Origin: Salpingoeca rosetta
Taxonomy: Eukaryota; Protista; Choanoflagellata
Length of the DNA: 64,000 nt
Assembly (NCBI GenBank): GCA_033442325.1
Contig: JAWQFM010000023.1
Coordinates: forward strand, 752,410-816,409
Direction of reading: 5' to 3'
Part shown: positions 52,601-64,000 of the stretch, piece after piece
How positions within the stretch are numbered: position 1 is the first letter of the stretch
Layout of the letters: each line of letters starts with the position of its first letter
Translations under genes and position numbers: made by a program
Notes under the pieces: model-generated
Databases searched by the model: none
The model's input: only the letters and a program-made list of their open reading frames with translations
Told to the model about the DNA's origin: nothing

Positions 52601-53973
52601 GTGTTGGTGTGTGAGATGCCCCTTCAGGCTTCGCGTACACACACGTACATGCATACATACACGATGCACAAGCGCTCTCACAAGCACAAATACGGCTTTT
52701 CACGCGTACAAACGGGTTCAGCGGCCATTCATCAGCACCGACACACATGCCACGTGCTCTCACAAAAAGGATGCTCACATGTACACGCACACAGCAAGCA
52801 AGCGCATGCTCGACAATGACCTTACCTGTGCTTATGCCCTTGTTGATTGCCTTGTGAAACCCCTCGTTGTGCATGTGCCAGTCCGGGCAGAGAAGCTCGG
52901 CAGAGAACGGCTGCGCGTAGACTGTTCTGTGCGCTGAGTCCGCGTCCTTCTTCCTCTCTTCGGCAGCGCTGCTGAGGGTTACGCTTGACTCCAAATCTGC
53001 CACGAACCACACCAAACAGCCAGGATGAGTCCAGTATGCAAGCAGCGTGGCAGCCAGCGAGCAAGACGCTCGCAACAAAAAAGTAACAGCAGCACAACAC
53101 TCATGCACACACACACGGAGACGCATGCGCAAGCAACACACGCACATGCAAACACGCACACGAACGCGAGTGAGACAGGCGTACCGCGTCGAAACTGCCG
53201 CTGTTCTTCGGACAACCCTTTGCGCGTGACATCGTCAAGCTTCTCAAGGAAGCTGTTCACGTCGTCTAACGGCATCTGCTTCTTGTTGCTCACCAAACTG
53301 CAGATATCCTGAAGCAGGGCCTTGATGTTGTCCGTGAAGGGCTGCTTCAGCATGTTGGCGACGTATTGCTGTGCTCCATTTTTCTTTTGAGGTTCGTCAC
53401 AAGGCGTGCCGATGTTTTCGATCCCATGCTTGCCGGCGATTGCTCGGATCCTCTCAGCGTAGGTGTCGTGTTGTTGGCCGGTGGCTGGCTGCGTGCCCTC
53501 TAAAATGGTCTTGTGCTGTTGTGTTGCTGCTTGCAAACATGCGCGCGCAAGAACGCCAGCCTGAAAGCAAGAAGGAGAAGGAGAAGGAGAAGGAAAAAGA
53601 TACACAGCAGGTGCCCACAAAGTGAGATGTTATGGATGCTGTGCACGTAGACATTTTGGCGCCAAATGGGCGTTGATGATGCTTTCGGCCTTGAAAGCAC
53701 GCACCACACACACAGGCAAATGCATACACATGCACATGCACATGCACATGCACATGCACATGCAGATCACCATACACGCGCCCTCTCGTTCTCTCGCCAC
53801 ACGTTTGCACGCTTGCACATCGGCGCAACAATAACCCACTTCGTTTGTCGACAGGCTTGTGAAGATGTCAGATCCTTTGGTTTTCGTCTTTTGAGAGGTG
53901 GACCCAGCGGCGTTGTTGCTTTGCACCGCTCCCTTGCATCGTGCATCATGTGTGTGTGTGTGTGTGGGTGCAT

Positions 53974-54030
<57 letters not shown>

Positions 54031-54315
54031 CACACGCGTGTTGGCGAAGACATATGTGAGAAGTCAAAAAGCGCGCGCATTTGTGGTCGAGCACAGTGCT
54101 TCGACAACAAGGTGGCACTGGACCGTCACCATCGCACACACGCTGCGTGCGCTGCAAGACACGTTGAGTGTCATTCTCCTCACCACTTGCTCAGCCCTCA
54201 ACCGCCCACTCGCGCCCCACGCTCTCTCTCTCTCTCTATCCTTCTATCATTCCGTCCGTGTTGGTCTCACCTGCACCTGTGCCGATGCGGCACTGCCGCT
54301 CTTCTCCTCTGGCAT
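49668..54315 (-). CDS. Crinkler/RHS-type effector-like protein: PD-(D/E)xK nuclease-fold domain + low-complexity linker + atypical kinase domain
   Basis: Exon ~52155-52577 encodes QADYVV...PLLLELK...AKAQVLEY...FAITV. The last exon encodes VLKV...E...HCDIRSHNIL...IVDFG...DWESL. Further exons at ~51828-51905, 52826-52997 and 53183-53561. The 5' end (MPEEKSG, ATG 54315) is tentative. Confidence 0.65.
50087..51390. repeat. Near-identical tandem duplication (50087-50727 and 50748-51390, 20 bp spacer)
   Basis: By eye the copies differ only by two single-base indels (cccttggta/ccctttggta; gacgcgctg/gacgccgctg). Confidence 0.95.
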
Positions 54316-54800
54316 CTTGGTTGTCAGTGGTGGACTTGTTCGTTTCTTTTTTGAAATTCGTTCCAGGGAAATGAAGAAGGAGCGGAAATTGTTTATGATG
54401 TCCATGATTCCTCGGCAACGCCTCGCCACTGCTGCCTTGAAAGTTTGCCTTGATGGAACTTATGTAACATCATAATTTGTAGTGCGCATGGCACTGCTGT
54501 TTGTGTGTTTCGCCCGTCATCGCGCATCATCATCATCGCGCATCAATCAATCTGTGTTGTTCGTGTGCATTCCTTGCCTCCAAGCCAACGTTGCAGCACA
54601 CAACCACCCGATACACAACACACAAACAACACACCGACCATCCATCACCCTCAGCGTAAGCTGAACAGATAAACCAGAGGGGATCCAACCACACTGCCAG
54701 TTGTAATCGTTGGCGCACTAACGTGTAGCTAACAGCACGGACCACAGAACAACACCAACAACAGAACACCAAGCAGAAACACCAACAGAACAGCGGCACC

Positions 54801-55398
54801 ATGCCTGCGGATACCCATCATAACAATGACCCCTCAACCAGCCTGGCGTTGAAGTTGTTCTTCCTGGTGTGCGGCCTGAGCGTGTTTGCGCGTTCAGAGG
54901 CCGTGTTCATGCAGACGCAGATGTATGCCAAGTGCTTTGGGCTTGGCGACCGCTTCTACGCACTCGCCTCGTGCGCCATCTTCATGCCGGGCATTCTGGT
55001 GCAGATCATTCAGAACAAGTACGACGTGCTACACGACCTCAAGTACGGCACGTACAAGGCGACGACGACGCGGCTGCTTGTGGCGGTGCTGGGGTCCGTC
55101 GCCGCGCTCCTGGGCCTAGTCCTCGGCGCCTTTGAGAACATGAAGCTGGAGGGTGATCTTGGCTTCATCTACGCGCTCATGGGCGTTCTGGGCCTGGGCA
55201 TCAGCATCAGCTTTGGCTGTTTCGTGCAGGTCATCACCATGTTCCCACCGAGCATGCACCCGTTCTTCTTCGTCGGCACCTATTCGCCCTTTCTCATCTT
55301 TGCGCCCATCAACATTGCGGTCCAGGACCTCTGCGTCAAAGACGAGGTGCGTGTATCGTGTGTGTTTGGGTGTGTGGTTTTGTGCGTGCGTGCGTGCA

Positions 55399-55465
<67 letters not shown>

Positions 55466-56353
55466 ATTTCTCGCTCTCCCCCTTTTCTTGTCACTCTGTC
55501 TTGTCACTCTGTCACCCCCTTTTTCTTGTCACCCCCTCAACTCCTCCTTCTTCCTCCCATCCCTCCCCCCCCCCACACACACACACACCCAGGACGACCA
55601 CTGGATGGTGCGCTGGCACAGCGTGTTGGTGTACTACTTGCTGGCAGCGTTTCTCACGCTGGCGGGCCTGCTGTGCTACTTTGGCATCGCAAAGCACCCG
55701 CGCGGCAAAGCCGTCTTCAAGCGCAAGGACGCCGAGCTCCGCGCTGCTCTTGTGCGGGCACAGCTGACCTCCGCCGATGACGACAGCACATACGGCAGCG
55801 TCAACAGGCGGACCAAAGACGGCAACAGCCAGCACACGCCGCTGCTGCCGGCGGGCTCGTCGGCGGTGAGCGGGGATGGCGCATCTGTGGTGGCGGGAAC
55901 AACGCGAAGGCGCAGCAGCAGCATCAAGAGGGCGAATTACGGCAGCAGCAACAACGCAAGTGCAGACGTGGCCAGTCTCCACAACAACAGCAACAGCAAC
56001 AATGGTCGTCACCACCATGGCAGTGATGATGAGGAGGCGGACAGCGATGTTGAAGACGGCAGCACCAGTGCCATGATGCCCCTCCTCAATGGCAGCAGTG
56101 GCAGCAGCAGCAGCAGCTCCGCACCACCGACATCGTCATCGTTCGGTAGACGTGACCACGGCAAGCCGTCCGCGGCCACGGTTGCAGATGCGCTGTCCAC
56201 TGCGTCGTCGCACTACACCAACTGGGATATGCTGCGCATGTGTTGGAAGGAGATGACAGCGCAGCTGCTCATGACAGTGTGCTCCACCCTCGTCGCCTCG
56301 CTCTATATCAAGTTTAAGCCAACGCAATACGACGACCTCCCCACCCTCCTCCA

Positions 56354-56393
<40 letters not shown>

Positions 56394-57108
56394 TCATGCG
56401 TGCTGGTTAATTCCACCCAACACCCTCCCACCATCACCTCACAACCCCCTCAACCCTCTGCTGTCAACTCACTCCATTGTCAGGTACGACTACTACATTT
56501 GCGGTGCGCTCGGCATCCTAACGACATCCATCGACGTTGTGCGCCGCGCCCTCACCTCCCGCATCATCCTCATCCTCTCCTTTGTCCGGCTCCTCGTCAT
56601 CCCCTTTGCCATCCTCTACGCACGCGACGTGGTGTGTAGAAGATTGCGTGGCGTATGTTGTGTATGTGCGACTGCGTGGCATATGCTGTGCATGTGCATG
56701 CGCGCGTGTGTGTGTGTGTGTGTTGGCTGTACCACCCATGTGGATTGCGTGCTCTGTATGCGCGTGTGTGCGCGTGTGTATTGGATATATCACCCGCGTG
56801 ATTGCGCGCTCTGTGTGTGCATGTGCCATGTTCCCTTCAGCTTCTCACACTTCTTCCCAACACCGCCCCCCCCCCAAATCTTACACCCACACATGCACAA
56901 ATGACAGCTGCCGCGGAGCGACATTGGCGTGCTGGTGGTGAACGGCCTGCAGATGTATGTTGGCGGGGGCGTGTTTGCGCTCGCCTTCTCCCACGCGTCC
57001 AACCAGTTTGCCGCCAAACCAGACCGCACCAAGGCCTCCACCATCATGAACACGTGCTACTACATTGCAATGGCCATTGCGCTCGGCGTCTCCCTCGCCA
57101 TCACTTAA
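54801..57108 (+). CDS. Equilibrative nucleoside transporter (SLC29/ENT)-like membrane protein
   Basis: Four exons (~54801-55346, 55593-56354, 56484-56631, 56909-57108) give about six TM helices, a long S/D-rich loop, then about five TM helices ending at the extreme C-terminus (IALGVSLAIT*). This is the ENT topology. Confidence 0.65.
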
Positions 57109-57111
57109 CCG

Positions 57112-57174
<63 letters not shown>

Positions 57175-57882
57175 GCCCAACTGTGTCTTCTCTGACACTG
57201 CAGCTGCAGCGATCGCTGACGTGTGCACATGATTCCCTCTTCACAACCCACCTGCCCCGCTCTCCTGTTTTGCTCTTGCGCCCTTCCCCCTCCTCCCCCT
57301 CCTCCCCTGCTCCTTTCTCCTCTGTCCATACCCCATCCCTCCACCACTAATTGACCATTTGAAGTTAGGTGTACCCTTTCTACTCTTCTCCCGTCCCTTT
57401 TGTGGCACGCGAAGATTTCTCGCTGTACGATTTCAACCTGATCTATTTGTATCTGTTACCCCATGCCCGCTCGCTGCATGTGTGTTGTGTTGTGCGTGTC
57501 TGTTGTGTGGTGTGTTGATTCCACGCACCTCTCTGTCCCTCTGTCACATTCTCCGTGTCGCGTGTTATTGCGCGAGCTTTCGCGCTCGTACTCAGCTGCT
57601 TTCTTGCGTGTGCAGGCGTTGCTTGCATGCACGCACCACTTGGAGCTTTGGCTTGTTTGGCTGTGACATGACGCTGTTGTCGCCTAGCAATGTACAATAT
57701 ATTGAGTGCCAAACTATGGCGACCCTGATCATGCAACGGCATCATCGCGTGTGTACAAAAAGCACAACACACACACACATGCTCACACAAAACACAAGCT
57801 ACGTGTCAGTTAGACCAGGTATAATTAAGCGCTCAGGTGGCGACACAGTCACATTGCACGCATTGCCTTCTCTTGCCACGTG

Positions 57883-58745
57883 TCATTCGCTCTTCCCTTT
57901 TCCCTTTCCTTTTCCCTTCCCTTGTCCCTTCCCCTTCCCCTTCCCTTTGCCTCTGCCTCTGCCTCTGCCTTGCTCCTCCTCCTTCCTTTCCTCCTCAACT
58001 ATCCCCTTCCCTTCGCCTTTGCCTTTGCCCTTTCCTCTGCCCGTCGTGCTCGGTGGCGGCACTGGCACCACCGATGAAGGTGTGGACTGTTGAGATGGAG
58101 CGTTATGTGGCATGTAAAGGTTGGTTGGTTGGCTTGGTTGGTCACGCGTCGCTGTTGATGGCATACACCATGTGTTGTTTGTTGAACAGGCAACACACAC
58201 ACACACACACACACAAACATATGTGCATGAACATGGATGTGCAGACAGACACATACGACACAGCCACCACAGTGACTTGCCAGCTTGTTCCATTTGGAGG
58301 AGGACGAGAAGATGCGCTGGTCTGGTGTAATCTCCTTTGGGCTTTGCCTTGCGTCGCACGCGCATACAGAGCACGGAAGCGGAGCGCACATACAGTGCAC
58401 GAAAGCAGAGCACGTGAGCCTAAATCACAATCTCCACCACCACCACCACCAACAACAACAGCAGAAGCAAAGGCAGCAGCAGATGCAGCAGCACGCGGGA
58501 GCAAAGGCAGGAGCGCGCTCACAGGGTCGAGGTGAAGCCGAGGACTGCGTTTCCATAAGGCGATTCATTCAGAAACGTCGTCTCATAGTTGGCAATCTAT
58601 CAGCACGCAATCAAGGCGCGTGTGGGAAACAAGATGCAAACTCTTGCACAAACAAAACCGCACAGCAGCTCAAACACCTTGCACAGACAGACACGCAGAC
58701 ACACAGACAGGCACGCAGACACATGCGCAACCACGCGCGCGCGAA

Positions 58746-58787
<42 letters not shown>

Positions 58788-58989
58788 ATTCACCTGAATG
58801 TCCAACTCCTCCAGGTTGTTCTGTCGTCGTTGTCGGCGCAAACACGCACAAGCACGCGAAAACACGTGAGCATGATGTCATGGCACACCAGCCACACTCA
58901 AAGCACACAGTGCACACGATGTCATTCGCCGTGCGTCCGACCTCGAGTTGACGACGGCGGTCCTCCAGCTCGCGAAGGCGTGAGTTCAT
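57883..58989 (-). CDS. EAF6: NuA4/MYST histone acetyltransferase complex subunit EAF6 (MEAF6)
   Basis: In-frame GT-AG micro-exons 58942-58989, 58794-58820, 58523-58596 and ~58280-58347 splice to MNSRLRELEDRRRQLENNLEELDIQIANYETTFLNESPYGNAVLGF...EITPDQRIFSSSS. This matches the Eaf6 pattern QI...E..YL.....GN...G(F/W)...R.FS.SS. The frame of the last exon is uncertain. Confidence 0.82.
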
Positions 58990-59245
58990 CCTCGTGGTGG
59001 TGAAGGTGTCTCAGGGATGCGGAAGGCGCGTGTGTGCGTGTCTGTGCGTGCGTGTGCATGTGCGTGTGTATGTGAACGTGGCAGGCAGGAGTTGCTTCTT
59101 GTGGTTGTTGTTGTTGTTGTTGATTTCCGGGTTTGGCGCGACAACGAGTCCTGAAAAGTAGGTGAAGATATAGGTGAACTATCTGCGGCAGTTGCATTGT
59201 GGATGATCATAAAAAGATGCATGCAGATTTTCGGCAACCAAGACA
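58990..59245. promoter_or_regulatory. Probable bidirectional promoter between EAF6 and AGC kinase
   Basis: Divergent start codons at 58989 (-) and 59246 (+) are separated by only 256 bp. Confidence 0.5.
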
Positions 59246-62168
59246 ATGGGAGGAGGAAGCAGGACAAGAAGAAGCAGCAAAGGTGACGCTGGTGGTGCAG
59301 GTGGGGACGCCGCTGCAGCAACACGACAGCCGAGACAAGCGGGTGGAGTTGGTGATCGCAGCAGCGGTAGTGCTCAAGGCAGCAGTCGAAAGCCTGGCGC
59401 TCGAAAAGGTCAACGTGACAGCGACAGAGGAGGAGGAGGAGGAGGAGAAAGAGACATGGCGCCGCCGCCAACATCGACAGTGGCGGCATCGCATGCTACG
59501 CCAAAGCGGTCGCCATGGCTGTCACCAGTGCGTGCGGCGTCCCGACTCTTGTCGGCCGTCAAACGCACTGGCAGTGCCACCCGCCTGCGGTCAGCAGACA
59601 TCAAGTCCCCTGCAGACTACTCAGTATGCAGCTGCATGCCAGTGTGTGTGTGTGTGTCAGTGTGTGCGTGTGTGTGTCAGTGTGTGTGCGTGTGTGTGTG
59701 TGTGTGTGTGCTCTCGCTGTTTGTTCAGCGACGTGTTGTTGCCGCTGCTGCTGTCACCGTGATGTGCCACCGCTGTTGCTAAACTGTGCTTGTTTGGTGT
59801 ATGATTTGCTGCTGGCGTCTGTAGGTGATTCGCACAATCGGAAAAGGTTCCTTTGGCGAGGTGAGGTTTTGGCTTGCTCCTATTCGGTACTGCAACCCAC
59901 CACCATACATGCGCGTCCACACACACACACACACACACACACATGCACACACACACACACACAGTGCACACACACAGTGCACACACAGTGCACACACCAT
60001 GCATGTGCACTTGGATGTTCTTCCGTCCACCTTTTTCTCTTCTCAAACGATTACCTGTGCTGCGGACAGGTGCTGCTGGTCGAAGCCAAGTCCAATAAGC
60101 AGAAATACGCAGTGAAGGTGTGAGAGAACCGTCGTCCTTGCGTGTCATGCGGCGTCATGCCACTGGTTTGCACTGTTTGCAGCAAAGTGGTCGTGCGCAG
60201 CACACACTATCTCACATGTGAGCGTGACGCGTCATGGTACAGATCATCCATTTGGACACCATGCAGGACCCAAACATGCTGGAACAAATTCGACAAGAGC
60301 GCGCAGTCCTGGTCAGTGCACGGCGTGTGGCTCGAATGTTGACACTGCTGCAATGCCCACTCACACATAAATACAACCATGCCCACACACATAAACACAC
60401 CCACATACACACACGTACACGCACACACATATACACGTACACGCACACACATACACACACATACTTACACACACACACATACATACTTACACTCACTCAC
60501 TCGCTCACTCGTCACTCGTAGGATGCGGCACGCGGGCACCCGCATATCGTGTGCATGCTGAGCTCATGGATGAGTGAACAGTGCCTGTATCTGGTGCTGG
60601 AGTACATCCGTGGGCGTGATCTGTTTGACACCATCCGCAGCCGAAAGCGACTGCCCAGCCCGCAGGCCGCGCGTTATGTTCTACAGATGGCCATGGTGAT
60701 TTCCAAGCTGCACCGTCACGCAATGTGTTGTGTTGGGATGGTGGTGCACTGCAGCGCGTTAGGCTGCTGTGGTGGCAATGGCATGTCTTCCTCAGCTGCG
60801 TCTGCTGTAACTTATGTGAATGCTCACGCACACACACACAACACAACACAACACAACACAACACAACACAACACAACACAACACAACACAACACAACACA
60901 ACACAACACAACATACGCGCATGTGCGACAGGCGTTGGAGTTTCTTCATCAGAAGCAGATTGTGTTTCGCGACCTGAAACTCGAGAACGTTCTTGTGAAC
61001 CATTCCTCTGACAGCATCCTGCTCACTGACTTTGGACTGGCCAAATTTCTGCCTTCCTCGGGCCGCACATCAACCATCTGCGGCACTATTCAATACATGG
61101 GTATCAGTTGCTGTCGCTGTTGGTGTGCGTGTTGCCGTTGTCGTCGTCATTCACGTGTGTGTACATGAATGTGTGTATGTATGTGTATATGTATGTGTAT
61201 GTGTATGTGTGTGTTTCCTTGAGCTGTCCTGTGTGGTCAAATGTACGAATCCCTATCACCACACCCCGCAGCAAGCCACAATCCACATGTGTGCCCAATT
61301 CACCATCTCTCTCGCTGCAATCCTGTTCACGACCACACTCTCCACTCTCACTTAAGCACTCTCACCATCCCCTCCCAACGCACCACCTCCATCCCAACTC
61401 ACCTCTTCCATCCTCCTCCACCTCCATCCACCACCAGCACCGGAGCTGTTGCGGGAGGAAGCGTACGGCACGCCCGTCGACTGGTGGTGTCTTGGCGTTG
61501 TCTCCTACATCCTTGTGTGCGGCCGCTACCCGTTCTCCGCGGGCATTGATGCGCTTCGCTACGACCACAGCGCCCATGACCGCATGATCATGGCACGGCG
61601 GATTGACGAGTGCGATCTGCCCTTCCCGTCGTTTGTTGACTGCGCCGCCGAGGTCGTCATTCGCAAGGTATGGTACTCATTTTGTGTTGTTCGTACTTAT
61701 TGTGTGTTTGGTGTGTCATGTGCTTGTTTGCACCTGTGTGCGTGTTTGCACCTGTGTGCGTGTTTGCACCTGTGTGCTTGTTTGCACATGTGTGCTTGTT
61801 TGCACATGTGTGCGTGTTTGCACATGTGTGCGTGTTTGCACCTGTGCATGTAAACGTTGCGTTGGTGGCTTCGCTATGCGATTCATGGCGTTGGTTTGCC
61901 ATACCTCCGCCTCCCTGACCCTCAAACCTTCCGTCCTGGCCGCCCCTGCATATTCTCCTTGGCCAACAACAGCTGATGGATCCTGCACCCGCGGATCGCA
62001 TCTCGTCCTACAGCCACCTCGAGCCCATGAGGTGGTTTGATGGCGTCAGCGTCGCCCCAATCCACACCGACCAGACACAGGTGCGCGGAAGACATGATGC
62101 TGGTGGTTGTTGAGGTGACGCTCGTGTCTCTTGGTTGATGTCATCGTGTCCGTCGTACAGTCGTTCTT

Positions 62169-62199
<31 letters not shown>

Positions 62200-63502
62200 C
62201 ACACACGCACGCACACACACACACACGCACACACACACACACACACACCTGGTACCATAGGTGTCGTCGGAGCCGCCCTCCCCTGTGGAGAAGAAGAAAC
62301 CAAACGGTCTGGAGGGATTTAGCGGCTCATACCTCGAGTACCTCATCGCAAACACCGCACACAACGGCGATGGTGATGGTGATGGTGATGGTGGCGGCGG
62401 TGAAGCCACAACGTCTGCAGAGACACACGGCACAACGACAACCAACTCCACAGATGAACACCAACAGCAACAATTACAACAGCAGCAAAAGGACACTCAA
62501 AGCGCCAACACAGCGACACCAACGAGTGACAAGACAGAAGACATCGATGTCGACGACGACGACGATGATGATGAGGAAGATAATGAAGAGCTGCGAGCCC
62601 ACTTTGCCAGCGCTCAACTCTCACACAACAGCAAGCACGAGGCTGTTCACGCCCGCAGCGCTGCTGCTGCTGATGATGATGACGATGATGATGATGGCAG
62701 AAGCACTGGCCAGCTGTCGAGCACGGTGACCACGGGCCGCGTGTCACCAGTGGTGCAGCGACAGCGGCGGTCGGATGCGATCGTCGTGGAGGGGAAGCCT
62801 GAGGATGGGAAGCAAAGTGCAGGCAAAGACGAGCAACAACAGCACAGTGAACAGCAACAACAGCACATTGAACAGCCACAACAGCACAGCGAACAGCAAC
62901 GCAGCCAGCAGAAGCCACAGAAGCAGGGTGACGATGGCGATGCTGATGACGATGAAGATCTGTTTGCAATGTTGCAGCGGTTCAAATCACACCAGAAAAT
63001 GGCAACGCCCGCCATCATTGCACACGAGGACAGCGCACGGTCAGGTTCGACCAACACCACAGCTGAGAACGATGCGCACAACGGCAGCCACCGCGCTGAT
63101 GACGGTGATGATGGTGATGATGTGGATGACCAGAATGAAGGGGCAGTTGTTGAGCGCACACCGAGCGCCCGCGATGCCCTGTTTGACGTGATTGTGGAGT
63201 ACCAGAAGCGGCAGTACAACGACCAGCGCAGCAACTCCGACGACTCCATCATCGTCGCCAGCATCATGGTCAATGACAAATGCACCAATGCAAAGGGCAG
63301 CCGTGATGGTCGCCATGCCAATGGCAATGGCACTCCCAAGCACGAGAATGGCAGCCAACGAGACGGCCACAGCCACGACGGCGTCAGCACCAGTGCACCA
63401 GCACCACCAGCACCACCGACACCACCACACGGCCTCGATTGCGATGGCGGCGTTGACGGTCACGACGATGACGCGTGGAGTAGCGTGAGCGACCTTCTCT
63501 AG
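59246..63502 (+). CDS. AGC-group Ser/Thr protein kinase (RSKR/SgK494-like) with long acidic/Q-rich C-terminal tail
   Basis: Exons encode [55 protein letters not shown] and [10 protein letters not shown] start at 59246; TAG at 63500-63502. Confidence 0.88.
60839..60913. repeat. (ACAAC)n pentanucleotide repeat
   Basis: Directly visible near an intron 3' end in the AGC kinase gene. Confidence 0.95.
61720..61848. repeat. 18-bp minisatellite (gtgc[g/t]tgtttgcac[c/a]tgt), about 7 copies
   Basis: Directly visible in a kinase intron. Confidence 0.9.
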
Positions 63503-64000
63503 CGCAATCAGGAACATGTTCTTTGGTGGCTGGTCGCCGTTCCGTGACCACAGCCGTCTGCATTTGTGTTGCCCTTGACGACAGCTTGCTCACTTGCTCG
63601 CTTACTTGCTCGCTTGTACAAACGATCTTTCGTTGCGTGCACGCACTCACGTGGATCCATCCCCTTTGCAAGCAAGCCATGAACACACACCCCCCCTCCC
63701 CTTTCCTCTCTTTTTCTTCTCTTTATCTTCTGCTCGTGGTGGTGACTTTGCTGTTCGCTGGTCGTTGTTCATACGTTACCCACAACATGGTGAAGCGGGG
63801 AATGTCAGAGACATGATGTGTGCATAAAGGAGGGCTGCCAGTACACAAAAGACACAAGTGAAAGACAAGCGAAAGGGTGTGGTTATCTGCACGTGTGCAG
63901 GAGTGAAGCACAACAGCTATTCTTCTCATCAGTCGAAGCGAAAGAGTGACATGATAAGCTAAGTAGTCAAACAGAGCCAGTAACCGCACGTGCTACGTGC

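Noticed and set aside
61720-61848. 18-bp repeat array as a possible CRISPR
   Set aside because: Head-to-tail minisatellite with no unique spacers, in a eukaryotic intron, with no cas genes.

Overview
Eukaryotic, intron-rich, GC-rich genomic DNA with (GT)n/(CA)n microsatellites in most introns. This style suggests a choanoflagellate such as Salpingoeca (inference). Most entries in the ORF track are microsatellite read-through and were ignored. Nine genes are supported: (1) a 5'-truncated, ~25 kb, highly degenerate axonemal dynein heavy chain (DNAH5/8-like) with broken AAA1/AAA3/AAA4 motifs but a conserved microtubule-binding domain; (2) an unknown multi-pass membrane protein with a possible C-terminal SAM-like domain; (3) an intronless CCCH-finger + RING1...RING2 (RBR-like) E3 ligase; (4) an LRR-like/coiled-coil/TKL kinase/PARP-type ADP-ribosyltransferase fusion with a 1-nt frameshift exactly in the kinase DFG motif; (5) NEMF/Rqc2, interrupted by (6) a gap-flanked fragment of a cation-independent mannose-6-phosphate receptor-like gene; (7) a Crinkler-like PD-(D/E)xK nuclease + atypical kinase gene with a ~640 bp near-perfect tandem duplication; (8) an ENT-like transporter; and (9) EAF6, which is not visible as one ORF and sits head-to-head with an AGC kinase gene. 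The best candidates for undescribed biology are the kinase-ART fusion with its convergent E3 ligase neighbour, the probably motor-dead dynein, the Crinkler-like effector, and a strand-specific 5'-(GU)n / 3'-(CA)n intron architecture. Family assignments come from manual motif recognition; no database searches were run.
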